A stretch of DNA of 63,988 bases, filler included, from Hyphochytrium catenoides (GCA_900088475.1; 5 parts of 5 records of this genome joined end to end with filler, not necessarily neighbours in it); one strand, 5' to 3'; positions 37,717-49,978 are shown, numbered from the whole stretch's first letter. Program-made: numbers and translations. The notes: generated from the letters alone by a model not told the origin.

Positions 37717-38270
37717 AAGAAGAGAAATAACGAAAGAGGATACTTTTCATATTATAACAGAGGGAGAGAGAAACGAGCACAAAGACGGAATTCTCCCTTT
37801 CGCCCCCATCGTTCAAAGAGTCGCCCTGTGTTTTACGGTTTCTCTCTCTCACTCTCTCTCTCGTCTTCAACTCTCTTCTCTCTCCTCCAGCAGCGCCCAT
37901 CAGGATCATAGTCCACGATCTTGAGGAGAGAGAGCGAGAGAGAGAGAAGAAAGGGGCGAGAGAGAGTGAGAGAGAGAGAGAGAATGGGCCTTTGCGGCGA
38001 CGACGAGCGGCTGTGCTCCGCTCATTTCGAACCCTTCTCCTGACTGTTATCGCAGATCATCACGCCTTCCAGCCGCCAAAGAGTTGCACGTCGGCGCCGC
38101 TTGCTCTTTCTTTCTCTCCTAGACGCGCGCGCATTGATCTCTCTCCTTTCTCTTTCCAGACGAACACTGCTCTTCTCTCTCTTCTTGTTGTTCCTGCTAT
38201 ATTTCTCTCTCTCTCTCTCTCGTTCTCTCTTTCTCCTGGTTAGGATAGTAGCTGAAGGAATAACAGCTTC

Positions 38271-39563
38271 ATGACGTCGTTACCAGCGTCCAGCAGCGCG
38301 CTGCCAGCCTTTTATAGAGTGCCGTCTGGCTCGACGGTGCCTCTTCTCTCTCCTCCCACGCCAACTCCTTCTCTCTCTTCCTCTACCGGAGGCCTCACGC
38401 CTCAGCATTTAGTCCTGCCCAATCTTAGAGGAGGCACAGTCTCTGCTTCTTCTCCATCCACAGCTTCTTTCCTTCCTCATCATCTCATCTCTCCCAGAAA
38501 TAAAGCGCTGACCTCAGCGCTAGCGAGCACTGCAGCGTTAGGAGGACTAGGAAGAACAGCCGTAGCCGGAGGAGGAACAGGAGAGAGAGCAGGAAACACT
38601 GCGCCAAAGCCCACGTACTATAAGAAGAAAATCTGCTCTCATCCTGGGTGCAAGACGCCTAGTAAAAGCAAGGGATTGTGCAAGAAACACGGAGGAGCCA
38701 AGCGATGTTCCTTTCCTGGATGTACCAAGAACGCCAAGACTGGCGGCGCGTGCATTGCCCATGGCGGAGGGCTCTGCTGCATTGCAGGATGTAAGAGCGG
38801 CGCGAGAAGGAATAGAATGTGCCATCTGCACAATCTTGCTATGGACAAGCAGCTGTCTCTCTCTCTCGATCAGATCGCGATGGAAGAGTTTCTCCTGCTC
38901 AATGACCCGAGAAGATTGGCAGCAGCTTCGTCTCTTCTTCCTCCTCCTACGGCGTCTCTCTCTACTTCTGCTGGCTCTTCCGCGGTCCTTAGTCCTTTCT
39001 CTCCTGCTGCTCCTCCCAGGACAACGCAGGGAACCACTAGCTTAGGTCTTCTATCTACTGCTGGCGGCGGTGGAGGAGGAGCAGGAATAGAGAAGACACC
39101 TCCTTCTCTCCTAGCTTCAGTTGTAGATGGAGGAGGCGCTGCGTCTCTCTCTACTCCTACGTCGTCTCTCTCTTCCTCCGTTGCCGCTACAAGGGTCGGA
39201 GGAGACTATAATATGTACTATCTTCCCTCTTCCACTACGGCCCAGATGACGGCTCCGGCAGGAGGAGCAAGCACAGGACAGAGCCTTCAAGAGCTCAGCG
39301 CCCTTGCCAGCCAGCGGCAGAGAAGACGAGAGCAACAACAGATAGCAGCGAGAGCAGGAGGAGGAGACTCCTCTTCTTCTTCTTCAGTCTCTTCTTCTTC
39401 TTCTCTCTCTCCCACAAGCCAAGCGCAAGGCCTCGTCCCGTTCTTCTATTATAATGCCAATAATGGGCGCATTGAGGTGATGATGACGCCGCCTCCAGCT
39501 GCGCAGCAGCAGCAGTCTCAGCCACAGCTCGCAGCAGGAGGTGGAGACGCTGTAGCCGCTTGA
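38271..39563 (+). CDS. WRKY19-like (C-x-GC-x9-C-x2-H) zinc-finger repeat protein with low-complexity S/A/G/Q regions
   Basis: Intronless 430-aa ORF with three tandem repeats: CSHPGCKTPSKSKGLCKKHGG, CSFPGCTKNAKTGGACIAHGG, CIAGCKSGARRNRMCHLH. Confidence 0.85.
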   Translation: MTSLPASSSALPAFYRVPSGSTVPLLSPPTPTPSLSSSTGGLTPQHLVLPNLRGGTVSASSPSTASFLPHHLISPRNKALTSALASTAALGGLGRTAVAGGGTGERAGNTAPKPTYYKKKICSHPGCKTPSKSKGLCKKHGGAKRCSFPGCTKNAKTGGACIAHGGGLCCIAGCKSGARRNRMCHLHNLAMDKQLSLSLDQIAMEEFLLLNDPRRLAAASSLLPPPTASLSTSAGSSAVLSPFSPAAPPRTTQGTTSLGLLSTAGGGGGGAGIEKTPPSLLASVVDGGGAASLSTPTSSLSSSVAATRVGGDYNMYYLPSSTTAQMTAPAGGASTGQSLQELSALASQRQRRREQQQIAARAGGGDSSSSSSVSSSSSLSPTSQAQGLVPFFYYNANNGRIEVMMTPPPAAQQQQSQPQLAAGGGDAVAA

Positions 39564-39908
39564 ACGGTGCAGCGAACAGGAAGAGAGAGACTGAGAAGAA
39601 GAGAAGAAAGAAGAGAAGCGGCAGTTTATTGTCTCTACTAGTCGTACCTGGTAGCGCTACTATGGGGGAGACTTCTTTCTTTGGAGGAGAGGAGGAGGAG
39701 GAAGAAGAGAGACGGAGAAGGGAAAGGAGGAGGATAGAGCAAGAGGCCGAAGAAGTTGGAGAGTTACGCTCTTTCGTCCTCCTCCGAGTGCTTCTTCTCT
39801 CTCTGTTACTCCCGTCTCTCTTCCTTTCATGGATGAAGAGCAAAAAGAGAGAGAGAGAACTGTCGGCAATTCTAAGGAGTGGCTCCCTTTTTGCTTAGGG
39901 GAGGATGG

Positions 39909-39941
<33 letters not shown>

Positions 39942-40343
39942 TTTTCTTTCACTCTCCTCGCTCGCTCTCTCTGTTTGTGAGACAAAAGAGGAAGGAGTGG
40001 CAGTGATGTCGTCGGTCGAGCATCATCCCTGAGAAGTGGGGCCTTCATCACTGCTCCCCCTCCTCCTCCATGGAGAGAGAGAGAGAGAAACAAAAAAAGA
40101 AAAGAGAAAGGGCTAAGTTGAGAAGGATTATGTATCATTAGCGGGCAAAGAGAGAGGTGAAGAGCATGATGCTTGACATGCCATAGGAGTGTCGGACCAG
40201 GAGAGACAAGCATCTTCTCTTTCTTTCCTCCTTGCATTATTGGATCTTGCTCTGTATCTTTGTGCTAGCGCAAGACGCCCACCTTCGGCTTATAATAAAG
40301 TGTAAAAAATCTCTTGCGTTTGATGTAGCATCCTTTCTTGTCC

Positions 40344-40384
<41 letters not shown>

Positions 40385-40802
40385 ACTACTTTCTCTCGTG
40401 CTTAATGACCTACTGCTCTTCTCCGGGTGCATTCTCTGTCCCTTCTTCCTAATCCTCTGATGCTCAATCACAATCATTTCTCGCGCTTTTCATCACAGTC
40501 CGTCAACTGTCTCTCCCTCGTTTCCCGAATCGTTTCTCTGCCTTATCTTTCCACAGCCATCGTCTTCTACTGACCTTCTCTCTCTTTCTCTCTCTCTCTC
40601 CCTCTCTCTCTCCCGGTCTCCTCTTCTAACATGCATTCTTGAGACTCCTCAAATAACTCTCTCTCTCCGGCTGCGTGATGGCTCTGACTAACCGAAAAAA
40701 AGCTGCTGCTGCGCTGGTTGAAGAGACGACATTGTCCTACTTGTACTATTACAGAGTTACCTTTTATTATGAATGCCGTCCTCCTGCTCTCTCTCTCCCT
40801 TC

Positions 40803-40846
<44 letters not shown>

Positions 40847-41049
40847 CCGTTTCCGCCCAGTCTCTCGCTCGTTTCTTCTCCGACTGCCTTTTCTCTGTTT
40901 GTTGACAAGAAGAAAGTCATCTTGGAATAATGTACGATTGTAGGAAAGGGAGAAGAAAGAGTGTGAGGAGGGAGGAGAGATGATGTCCAGCATTCCTAGA
41001 CACCAGAAGTGAAGATTGTACATACACTTCCCACCTTCCTCTGCTCCAA

Positions 41050-41115
41050 CCTCTTGTTTGCTCTCTCTCTCTCTCTCTCTCTTTTCTCTTTCTTTCTCCC
41101 TGTTTTCCTTCCCTT

Positions 41116-41154
<39 letters not shown>

Positions 41155-41173
41155 CTCCCTGTTTCCTTCCCTT

Positions 41174-41224
<51 letters not shown>

Positions 41225-41245
41225 CTCCCTGTTTTTCCTTCTCTT
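41050..41245. repeat. Compound tandem repeat (ttctttctccctgttt.cctt plus a (CT)n run), ~3 copies
   Basis: The motif tttctccctgttt recurs three times at ~60-70 bp spacing. Confidence 0.75.
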
Positions 41246-41280
41246 GCTCTCTTCTTTCTCTCTCTCCTCTCTCCTCTCTC

Positions 41281-41312
<32 letters not shown>

Positions 41313-42331
41313 CCCTAGTCCCTCCCTCCACCCCACTACTATCTCACTCGAATGTCTCTCCCTGTCTCTCTTGGTCCCTTTCTATCTCTTCCCATCGGAT
41401 ATAGTTATTATCCCACCTTACCTAACTTCTCTGTCTCTCTGCTTTGCACTCTGTCTCATGCTGGGTGGTCCTCAGCATAGCCGTTACGGGCTCTAGTACC
41501 AGACACAGTTTCTCCTCTCCCCTCTGTCCCCCCACCTACCTCATACGTACACCTTCACCTTTGAACTCCCCAGGTGGGGCGACTCCACCCCCAAGCTTAT
41601 TATTAGTGTACTAGACGGGGAAGGACGTCGCTATATTGTGTGTTGTGTGGGTGACCTTTTTTGGCTAGGTCATCCATAGAAAGCAAGTTCAGATGTAGGA
41701 ACCTCTACATTGCTCTCTCTCTCTCTCTCTNNNNNNNNNNNNNNNNNNNNNNNNNNNNNNNNNNNNNNNNNNNNNNNNNNNNNNNNNNNNNNNNNNNNNN
41801 NNCTCTCTCTCTCTCTTCCTCATCTCCCCTCTCTCTTTCGCACACACTCTCCCTCAATCTCTCTGTCTCTCACTCTCTCTCGCTCTTCTTCTCTGATGCA
41901 CTGTGTTCTGATCCTCCATGCTTTGTCTAGTGAGGCTTCGTCATCTCCTCTGCATGCTTCCTTTATTTTCTCTCTCTCTTTCTTGACGGGCCATCCCCAC
42001 GTCTCACACTGCACTTGCGCAGTTCAATAACGCTGCTGGCGGCAGAGCTCTGACGAGATACGTCCTCCCTCCCTCCCCCCTTCTCTCTGTCTCTCTCCCT
42101 CTCCCTGTCTCTCTCTCTCTCTCTCTCTCTTTTTTTAGTGTCTCTCCTTTTTTTCCTCTCCCTTCTGTCTCTTCCTTCGCTCTCTCTCGTTCTTCTGTCC
42201 CTTGGTCTCTTTTTCTTCATTCAACATCCTCACTGTGCTCTCGGTCCTGCTCTTCTCTTCTTTGGTCATTCTTGTCCCTTCCCTCCAGCCTCCCTCTCTT
42301 ATTTGATGCTGCTTCCATTCTCATCTCTTCG

Positions 42332-42363
<32 letters not shown>

Positions 42364-42665
42364 CCTGAAGCTTCGATAAAAGCTTCAAAAGAAAAACTCA
42401 AGAAATAGCAGAGGGGAGAGCGACAGACACCACAGCAGAGAGACAACCTTAGAAAGGGACTAGGGAAGCTAGAAAAGGTAGCTAGAAAAAGAGGAAAGCA
42501 ATGAGAATAGATAACCTTCCAACTGTCTACTAGTGACGGCGAGAGACAATACGGAGGGAGAGAGCTGTCGCTTCTGGCAGTCAGCCTCTCTCTCTTCTCT
42601 CTCCTGCCTTCACTCTCTCTCTCTCTCTTTTTATCTCTCTTTCTCTCTTATCATAGACAAGTATT

Positions 42666-44681
42666 ATGGACTACGAGGAGAGAAGAAGAGGGAGCGGGGC
42701 GCAACAGCAGCTCAGCTATGTCACGGGCAGAGGCTCTAGCATGTTCGTTGATGAAGACGGAAGAATGAGCTCTTCTTTCTCTAACCCGCTGATGATGGAC
42801 AGAGCCTCTCTCCGACGCCACGTGAGACTCACAGAGGAAGACGAGGAACTAGAAGATGACGAGGAGGAAGATGATGAGGGAGAAGAAGAGAGACATCCAG
42901 GGAAGAAGAGAAGAAAGCAATATGTACCAGGCAACAAAGGGAGAGACAACAAGAAGAAAGACAGCATCAGGAGGAGCTATCGCGCTCACTCCTCTTCCGC
43001 TCCTCTCTCTCCTTCTGCTGCTGCCAACAAAAAGAATGGAGTCCTCTCTACCATCACCTGCGGGCCTAACCTCACCGCGCGACGATGTTTCTTTATCTGT
43101 TGTCCGATCACTTTCTTGCTGATCCTTCTCTTCGTCCTGATGTTCATCTTCTTGGGCGGCAAGAGCTTTGCGCAGGGCGTGGTCAATAGCAGCGGCGTTG
43201 AGTTGGAAGAGCTCAACATCCTTCAGGTCTTTGAAGATCCAGACAACGATGATATGCAGATTAGAATCTCCGGAAGAATCGACAATCGATCTCCATTTGA
43301 GGCGCTATTGCAAGCCGTGAGAGTTGTCTTCTCCCACGAAGGCGCCAAGTTTGGAGAGTTCATCTTTCCATCTACGAAGCTCCAAAGCGGTGCTTATACC
43401 TACTTTGACTTCACGACGTGGCTGACAGTGCTAGACAGAGAAAAGTTCTTTGAATGGACAGCAAAGCTGATGAATGAAGATGTACTGGACGTCACATTGG
43501 GAGGGACGATCTCTCTCAAGACCTTAGGCCTCCGCTTTGGCTCGATAAGCCTTAAGAAGCCCATAGAAGTGAAAGGCGTACGAGGCTTCATGAGTCCAAT
43601 GATGCAGTTCACGCAAGCAACAGTTCAACGAGGTCAAAAGGACAGATTGGGCGTCTCGATGAGAGCAATCTTCCATAATCCATCCACCGTAGCCTTCACA
43701 TACTTAGGACGTCTGAACTTCTCGGTCTTCTACGATGACGCTCTCATAGGAACGGTCTCTACCCTTCCCGGCCACAATGTCTCTCTTCAACGGGGATCCA
43801 ACGAGCTTGACATGACTCTTTCTCTTTTGAAGGCTCCGGATGATTCAAATGTACCTGCTATGGCAGAGTTTATCGGTCTCTCTGCCAGTGGGAAGACACT
43901 GAATATAACGCTAGCAGGCAATGATAACAGCACTGACTACCCGCTGATCATAGGCCAGCTGAAGAGCATCAGAGCCACGGTGCCTATCACGATTCTAGAC
44001 ATGGCAGAGGTGAACCTCAGCCCCGTTCTCCCGGTAGATCCACTGACAAAGGCCATCCCAAACGAAGCGGCTTTTTACTATCTGTACAACCATAATGTCA
44101 CGCAGCAGAGGAACTACCTGCTGCAAGCCGCTTTCCAGACTCTTTCTCTTCAGAACTTGGTCTCCCAAAGGGCAGAAGAATGTCGGGGCGGGAAGGGAGG
44201 CCCATACATCGACGTGATCTCTCTCAATTGGAACATGTTCAACACGCAATTCAACCTTCTGGCTCTCAATCTCTCGATCTACTTTCCCGGAGACAACAGC
44301 ATCTCCCCGCCCATAGAACGTTTCCTTCTCTCTCAGACGCATCCAATCTACGCCGGACGTACCGTCATCTCAACCTTTGGTGTGCCGATACAAGCGCAGA
44401 CGAAGAGTCTCTTCTCGGCAAGGATGTGCTTAGAAGCCTCTGCTAAGACGCTGATAGATTGGTTTGACCGCTTCGTCTGCAAACGATACGGAGATCGGAA
44501 TGGAAAGCCCTTTGTCTTTGGCACCGAGCTGCTGATCGACGGAGAGATCAAGGTCCGGATTGGCGATTTCCAAGTGGATAAGATCCCATTCAGTCAGTAC
44601 ATTTGGGTCATCTCTCATGTTGTCTCGCCCACCTGCACCAATGGGACGCTGGTCTCACGCTCAATCCCTGACTTGGTATGA
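42666..44681 (+). CDS. Tag1/DUF3712-like single-pass membrane protein with LEA_2-like luminal repeats
   Basis: Intronless 671 aa. Charged N-terminal tail, one TM segment (CFFICCPITFLLILLFVLMFIFLGG), AQGVVNSS, ISLKKPIEVKGVRGF, FHNPST...LGRLNFSVFYDDALIG, and several N-x-S/T sequons. Confidence 0.72.
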   Translation: MDYEERRRGSGAQQQLSYVTGRGSSMFVDEDGRMSSSFSNPLMMDRASLRRHVRLTEEDEELEDDEEEDDEGEEERHPGKKRRKQYVPGNKGRDNKKKDSIRRSYRAHSSSAPLSPSAAANKKNGVLSTITCGPNLTARRCFFICCPITFLLILLFVLMFIFLGGKSFAQGVVNSSGVELEELNILQVFEDPDNDDMQIRISGRIDNRSPFEALLQAVRVVFSHEGAKFGEFIFPSTKLQSGAYTYFDFTTWLTVLDREKFFEWTAKLMNEDVLDVTLGGTISLKTLGLRFGSISLKKPIEVKGVRGFMSPMMQFTQATVQRGQKDRLGVSMRAIFHNPSTVAFTYLGRLNFSVFYDDALIGTVSTLPGHNVSLQRGSNELDMTLSLLKAPDDSNVPAMAEFIGLSASGKTLNITLAGNDNSTDYPLIIGQLKSIRATVPITILDMAEVNLSPVLPVDPLTKAIPNEAAFYYLYNHNVTQQRNYLLQAAFQTLSLQNLVSQRAEECRGGKGGPYIDVISLNWNMFNTQFNLLALNLSIYFPGDNSISPPIERFLLSQTHPIYAGRTVISTFGVPIQAQTKSLFSARMCLEASAKTLIDWFDRFVCKRYGDRNGKPFVFGTELLIDGEIKVRIGDFQVDKIPFSQYIWVISHVVSPTCTNGTLVSRSIPDLV

Positions 44682-45051
44682 GAATCAACCAACGTAGAGA
44701 GAGAGAGAGAGAGAAAGAAAGAGAGAGAAAGAGAGAGAAAGAAAGTGAAAACGATGGGCGATTGCCTCATGGCGTGGTCTTCTAATGTCACTTTCATAAT
44801 ACTATTTATGGGTACACTACTGGCACAGGTTCGGTCCAAAGAATATCTATGTTCATTACCGCGAGCTCTAGCCACCTACTGCTCTATCACTAATCTGTCT
44901 CGACAGCCATCCACCCTCCGTCTCCATAAATAACCTTCCATGCTCTTCCTCTTCATCTTCCTCTCATCAATGAGAAGGGCGCAAGAGAGAAGAGGTAACC
45001 TGACGAAGGAACAGCCAATGATTAGGTAACAAAGTGCACGCAGTCCAAGAT

Positions 45052-46341
45052 CTAAAGTAGTCGAGCATCCTCCGCGAAGTAAGGAGAAAGATGCGTCTGG
45101 ATGCCAACATCCTGTGAGGCGCCAAAAGTTGCTGCTTGTGCGTCCGAAGGCTGTGAACCAGGAGGCAACTGCTGTCGGCAAACGGGACAAGAGTCTTTGA
45201 GCCTTAGCCATGCTCTGAGACAAGTCTCGTGGTGATAATGTCCGCAGCTGAGACTGAAACCCACCTCACCACCCTGAAACTGAACCATGCAGATAGTACA
45301 ATGGTCCAAATGCTCGACTTCTTCCGCTGTGAACTCTCGAGTCTCCAAATGCTGTAGCTGCTCTTCACTTGCACCCGTGTATTCATCGTCATCACCGGCT
45401 ACGGCCTCTCTATGATTCGCAAAAATAGCGGTCAGCTGAGAGCTCAGTGAATTGCTTCCGGTATCTGTAGCTGCCTCGAGATCCAGAAGGTTTCTCAGCA
45501 TAACCAACACTTCCAAACGAATCCTATGGTGGAAGTCGTCGATGAACTGGGAGGCCTCACTATCGTCCTGTAAGTTTGCGCTGTGCTCTCTCAGAAGTCT
45601 CAAGAGCGACAGCATCTGTCGGTTCCGTATCCGGAACTGGCTTGCACGGAGCTGCAAGAGATCGATCAGCGTCTGTTCCTGCCTTTCCCGCAGCTCGTCC
45701 AGGTACTGTGCATCATCAGTTCCGTCGTCTTCCTGCGCGCCAGTGCCTTCCGGGGTTTCCATGGACAGGATCTCCTCTGCTATGCTGTGTCTACCTTCTG
45801 TGGAGCTCTGCCTGCCTCGTATGTCCCTTGGGGGTGCAGGGGTGGCTCGCACCCATCGACGCAGAGGCCGTATCCGGCCGTATGAGACGTCAACCTCATC
45901 CATCACGTATTCCCTTACATAATCGGCACGGTTCCAGTGTAGCCCGTGGCCCCGAACCTCTAGTTCTATTGGAGCCCCTTCACCCTCATCTTCGTCTTCT
46001 GGCTCCACCTCTGGTTCTGGTTCGTCCTCCTCGCGTAGCAGGCTCTCCGCCCGTAATAACTGGCTACGGAAACTCAATCTCTGGTTGGGAACGGTGTCTT
46101 CCTCTTCATTGAGGGTTTGGTATGGGGTGTCAAAGAGGATCTCCACGTCTGACAGATCGCAGCCCTCGGACGATTGAGAAACCAGTCGTCCTCGACTATT
46201 CCGGCCAGACAAGGATGAGCGGAGCGCATCAAAGTCCTCGCTACCTGATCTCTCCATTTCTCGAGTGGGGCCAACTCCCCTTCTCAGAGATCGCCGCAGC
46301 GTCCGACAACCATTCATCTCCGCGACCTCGGCTGTACTCAT
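45052..46341 (-). CDS. RING-H2 E3 ubiquitin ligase
   Basis: Long open frame. C-terminal GASEEQLQHL...CTICMVQFQGGEVGFSLSCGHYHHETCLRAWLRLKDSCPVCR. First in-frame ATG is at 46341; the frame is open to 46491, so the true start is uncertain. Confidence 0.88.
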   Translation of the reverse strand: MSTAEVAEMNGCRTLRRSLRRGVGPTREMERSGSEDFDALRSSLSGRNSRGRLVSQSSEGCDLSDVEILFDTPYQTLNEEEDTVPNQRLSFRSQLLRAESLLREEDEPEPEVEPEDEDEGEGAPIELEVRGHGLHWNRADYVREYVMDEVDVSYGRIRPLRRWVRATPAPPRDIRGRQSSTEGRHSIAEEILSMETPEGTGAQEDDGTDDAQYLDELRERQEQTLIDLLQLRASQFRIRNRQMLSLLRLLREHSANLQDDSEASQFIDDFHHRIRLEVLVMLRNLLDLEAATDTGSNSLSSQLTAIFANHREAVAGDDDEYTGASEEQLQHLETREFTAEEVEHLDHCTICMVQFQGGEVGFSLSCGHYHHETCLRAWLRLKDSCPVCRQQLPPGSQPSDAQAATFGASQDVGIQTHLSPYFAEDARLL

Positions 46342-48604
46342 CTTCCACTTACCACTGACGCGAGGGCTTCCTGGGGCTTCACGTCTTCTTCGGTACCTGG
46401 GCCGTGGGATGGACGACTTGTCCCAATAGCCAGCGTCAGACGTCTGGCACACAAGCTGTGAGCTTCCTTGTGGATGGACTCCAGAAAGCACCCCAAAAAC
46501 TCAATACTTCTAAATCTCTGTCTCCATCGCCGCGCCGACGTCTCAATAGAAATGACGGGCGAGGAGCCAGCGAGTTACGTTTCTAGCGGATTTCCATTTT
46601 GGGTCTTTGTCTCTCGGAAATCAGTTTCTGACGGAAATCGGGTTCTGATTCAACTTTGAAGGCGAAATTTCGGGCATTACTGTATTACTACTCCGTTACG
46701 TGGTTTCTATGTTACTTTGATTGTGACTAGAAGGGTTATTACTATGACCAGCCAGTTTTTGAGGTGAGACATGAGAAGTCCCAAGGGGGAACGTCGCTAC
46801 CCCTTAGGTTGGAGGACATTCCCCCTAGTGAATAACAGATATACGCAGTGGGGAGTGGCTCCTCCAGCCTCGGTTATGAGTAGGAGGGCTTCTCCCTGAG
46901 TTCAAGCAGACCGACCAAACTTCGCATCAACCATACATAATAAAGGGTGCACAGCTACTCTTAGGCTTGGAACCAGGGCACTACTACTACGTACAGCCAT
47001 GTACAGCTCAAGTGATAATCAGTGCTGAACTACTATGATAACTGCTTCACATCATTGATGGGAAGATCAACATTGAGCATTCATCATCATTATCGTTCAA
47101 TAGTTTATCGCTGTAAAAGTCTTTCCTTCAAAAAGAAGCATAATAAGGCAGCATGATAGCCTTGGTCTATCTATCGATCAGCACTCAGCGGCAAGAGAGC
47201 CAGCCGCAGACGAGCCTACCAACTTACTGCTGTCACTGCATTAATAAATGTTAGACGTGGCGTTTTGCTGCTGCTTCGGCGCTATAGTGGTGCTGGATGG
47301 CGGGCAAGAACCATCATGACTTTGTCCTGCTGCTAAAGAAGCTTATCCTTTGGTCTCTCACTTCGCTCTACTGTTTCATCAAGCCTTCGTTCTTTGTTTG
47401 GTCCCTGGACTCAGTCGTCCACAGTTGTTATTGCCGCCTGTTCATGCTCACTCTCTCGTACCTTTCTCCGACAATGCCAGCTCGAAGTCATGATTATTGT
47501 CGGCCCCCAGTTGACTTCCCACCAGCAGGGCATAGTCATCATCACTTCATACCTTCTTTTTGGGAAAGGTTGTCCCTCCCAACAAGGTCACAGAAAGCTT
47601 GATTGGTCGCAGTGACGTATGTCTATGTCTCCAATAATAATCACATTGGCGAAGTGTCTTCCTCTGTGATGGATGCGTTTATTTGTATAGTTTATTGCTA
47701 TTATTGGGCTTTCGCCCTGCAACCTTTCTGCCTTTACCGTTTGAGCGCTCTCTGCCGACTTGGGTGTGTCCTGCTGTGCCCCGGCAGCTGTGTTATGAGC
47801 TCGTCCATAGTAGTGGTTACTATTCGGTTTCTCAGACATTTTGTTTCACCTTTGAGATCTGGGAAGGCATGTCCTAGTAGTAGTAATGGAGCTAGTTGTA
47901 GGGTTTGTTAATGATGAGGAGACCTCCGGCCCCGTTAAAGCTCCTTTACGTCGCTGACTTCTGTTTGGATATCTGCTCGCAGGTCTTCGATGTCTCCTTG
48001 CAGCTCTGCAAGATGCGCTCTAAGCTTGTTTCTTAATAAGAAGGGGGAGTTGTCTGCCTCCTCGTCGGTCTATCAACAAGGCTTCGGTTTCCCTGCTGGC
48101 TTTGGTCAACGCTGTATCTACATAAGTTCTAAGAACGGACACTGGGTATCGCATCAAGGCTGCGCTGGGTAAAGAGGCTAACACCAATAGTAGCCACAAT
48201 CAACTGAGCTCACCACACAGCTGGGCGGCGCGGGGCCTAGCAGGACGCCAACAAGCGTGCAGAGGGCGCTCACACACCACGGTAAAGGCACAAATCTTAC
48301 TGCAGTTCCAACTGGAAAAAAAAAGACAACAACCCGGCCAACTTCACACTCGACGTCCAGTCCTTCAAAGACACAGCCACATGCACCCTCGAAGGCTCTT
48401 CCCGCGGTTGCGAGGCGTGTGATGGGATGGAAAATCCAAACTGTTCACTGACTTGCGGTCGTTCTTCAGATCGCGACAGCGCATCCCTGCTGCCCGCGCA
48501 CTGACGAGGTCCTGGGGGAGGACTGGCTCTTAACATTGGACAGGCATAATACAGTTTCGTAACCTCCTCTCGTCGCATCTTCGACCAACCTTCTTTCCTC
48601 TCTT

Positions 48605-48661
<57 letters not shown>

Positions 48662-48923
48662 TTCTCTTCCCGCCCAAACAAACAATCTCTCTCTCTCTCT
48701 CTGCCCTCTCTCCCTCTCTTTGACCCACCCTCTCTCTCTCTCTCTGTCTCTTCTGCTGCTGCACTAATAGTAAGTGAGGCCATCATCACTCGTATCTCTT
48801 ATCTGGCACGAATCTCTTCCATCTCGTCTCCATCATCATGCCCTGCGTCTCCGAGGACAAAGCCCAGATACCTGCACAGACAGAGTCGCTTCGTCGCCGT
48901 GCCTTGGCATCCCATTGAGCGGC

Positions 48924-48961
<38 letters not shown>

Positions 48962-49342
48962 AGTGATTGGAGAGAGAGGGTGAAAAAGAAAAGTGAGGCA
49001 GTCTGAGGGCAAGGGAAAAGGAGTGGCCGAGCTCTGGGTCTGGACTCAGAAAATCCAGGCGGAGAGAGAGAGAGAGAGAGTAAGAAGACGGAGACAGCGA
49101 CAGGAAGGCAGTCTTCTGTCTCTTCGCCTCCTGATCTTTTCCGACATTCTCCTCGAAGGAGAAGACATTGACAAAGCCTCCTGCTTCATTGACAGCAAGA
49201 GGAAGGACGAAAAGGGTGAGCCCAGAGCTCCAAAGGAGCTGAAAAAAGGCACACCCAGGTTCTTGCCGCTTCCAAGAGAGAGAGAGAGAGAGAGAGAGAA
49301 CGAGGGGAGAGAGAGAGGGAGAGAGAAGAGATCATAAGCACG

Positions 49343-49786
49343 ATGGCGCGAGCCCTGCCGAGGCGTGCCAGCGGCAAAAGCGCCCCGTTCTTCTACTCCT
49401 CGGACACGGACTTCAAGCTGCTCACGCACTTAGGAGAAGTGATCAACGATGAGCTGGACAAGAGCTACCGCTGGGACTACGTCCTTGTCCTCCCGGCCAC
49501 GGCGCAATTCAATCCGCGCAAGCCGGTGACAGTCAAATCTTCAGGCTCCGCCACAACGCCGTCCTACGCAGAGCAGACCGGGCGGCCGTTGTTGACTGAT
49601 AAAGAGGAGTTCACGGTCGAGCACTTTATTGAGCATTTCTTAGGCATTAGCCTGGAAGATCAGATGGAGAAAGAGGCGGGAAAGGAGATTCAGATTCATA
49701 AGAGAGACGTGGTCCTGAAGGATGAGCGCTGCTTCTTGGGAGAGCATAACGATGTCATCGTGAGGAAGCTGGCGGCCTCTGATAAG
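49343..49786 (+). CDS. First exon of a truncated gene, possibly anoctamin/TMEM16-like
   Basis: ATG-initiated high-complexity frame ending at donor AAG|gtagac, followed by a (CT)n intron and the spacer. Only the WDYVLVLP motif suggests an anoctamin N-terminus. Confidence 0.4.
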
Positions 49787-49978
49787 GTAGACATCACTCA
49801 TCTGAGTCCTCTCTCTGTTCTCTTTTTCAATCTCTTGGCGTTCTCTCTCTCAGTGATGCTTCCGCTGCTGTCTCTCTTTGTTTCTGTCACCGTCTCCTCT
49901 CTCCTCTCTCTCGCGCGCTCTCTCTCTCGCCTTTATTGTTCTTTTTCTCTTTAGCATCTCTCTCTCTCTCTCTCTCTC

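Noticed and set aside
45452-46358. Plus-strand ORFs overlapping the RING-H2 gene
   Set aside because: Antisense shadows with no recognisable motifs.
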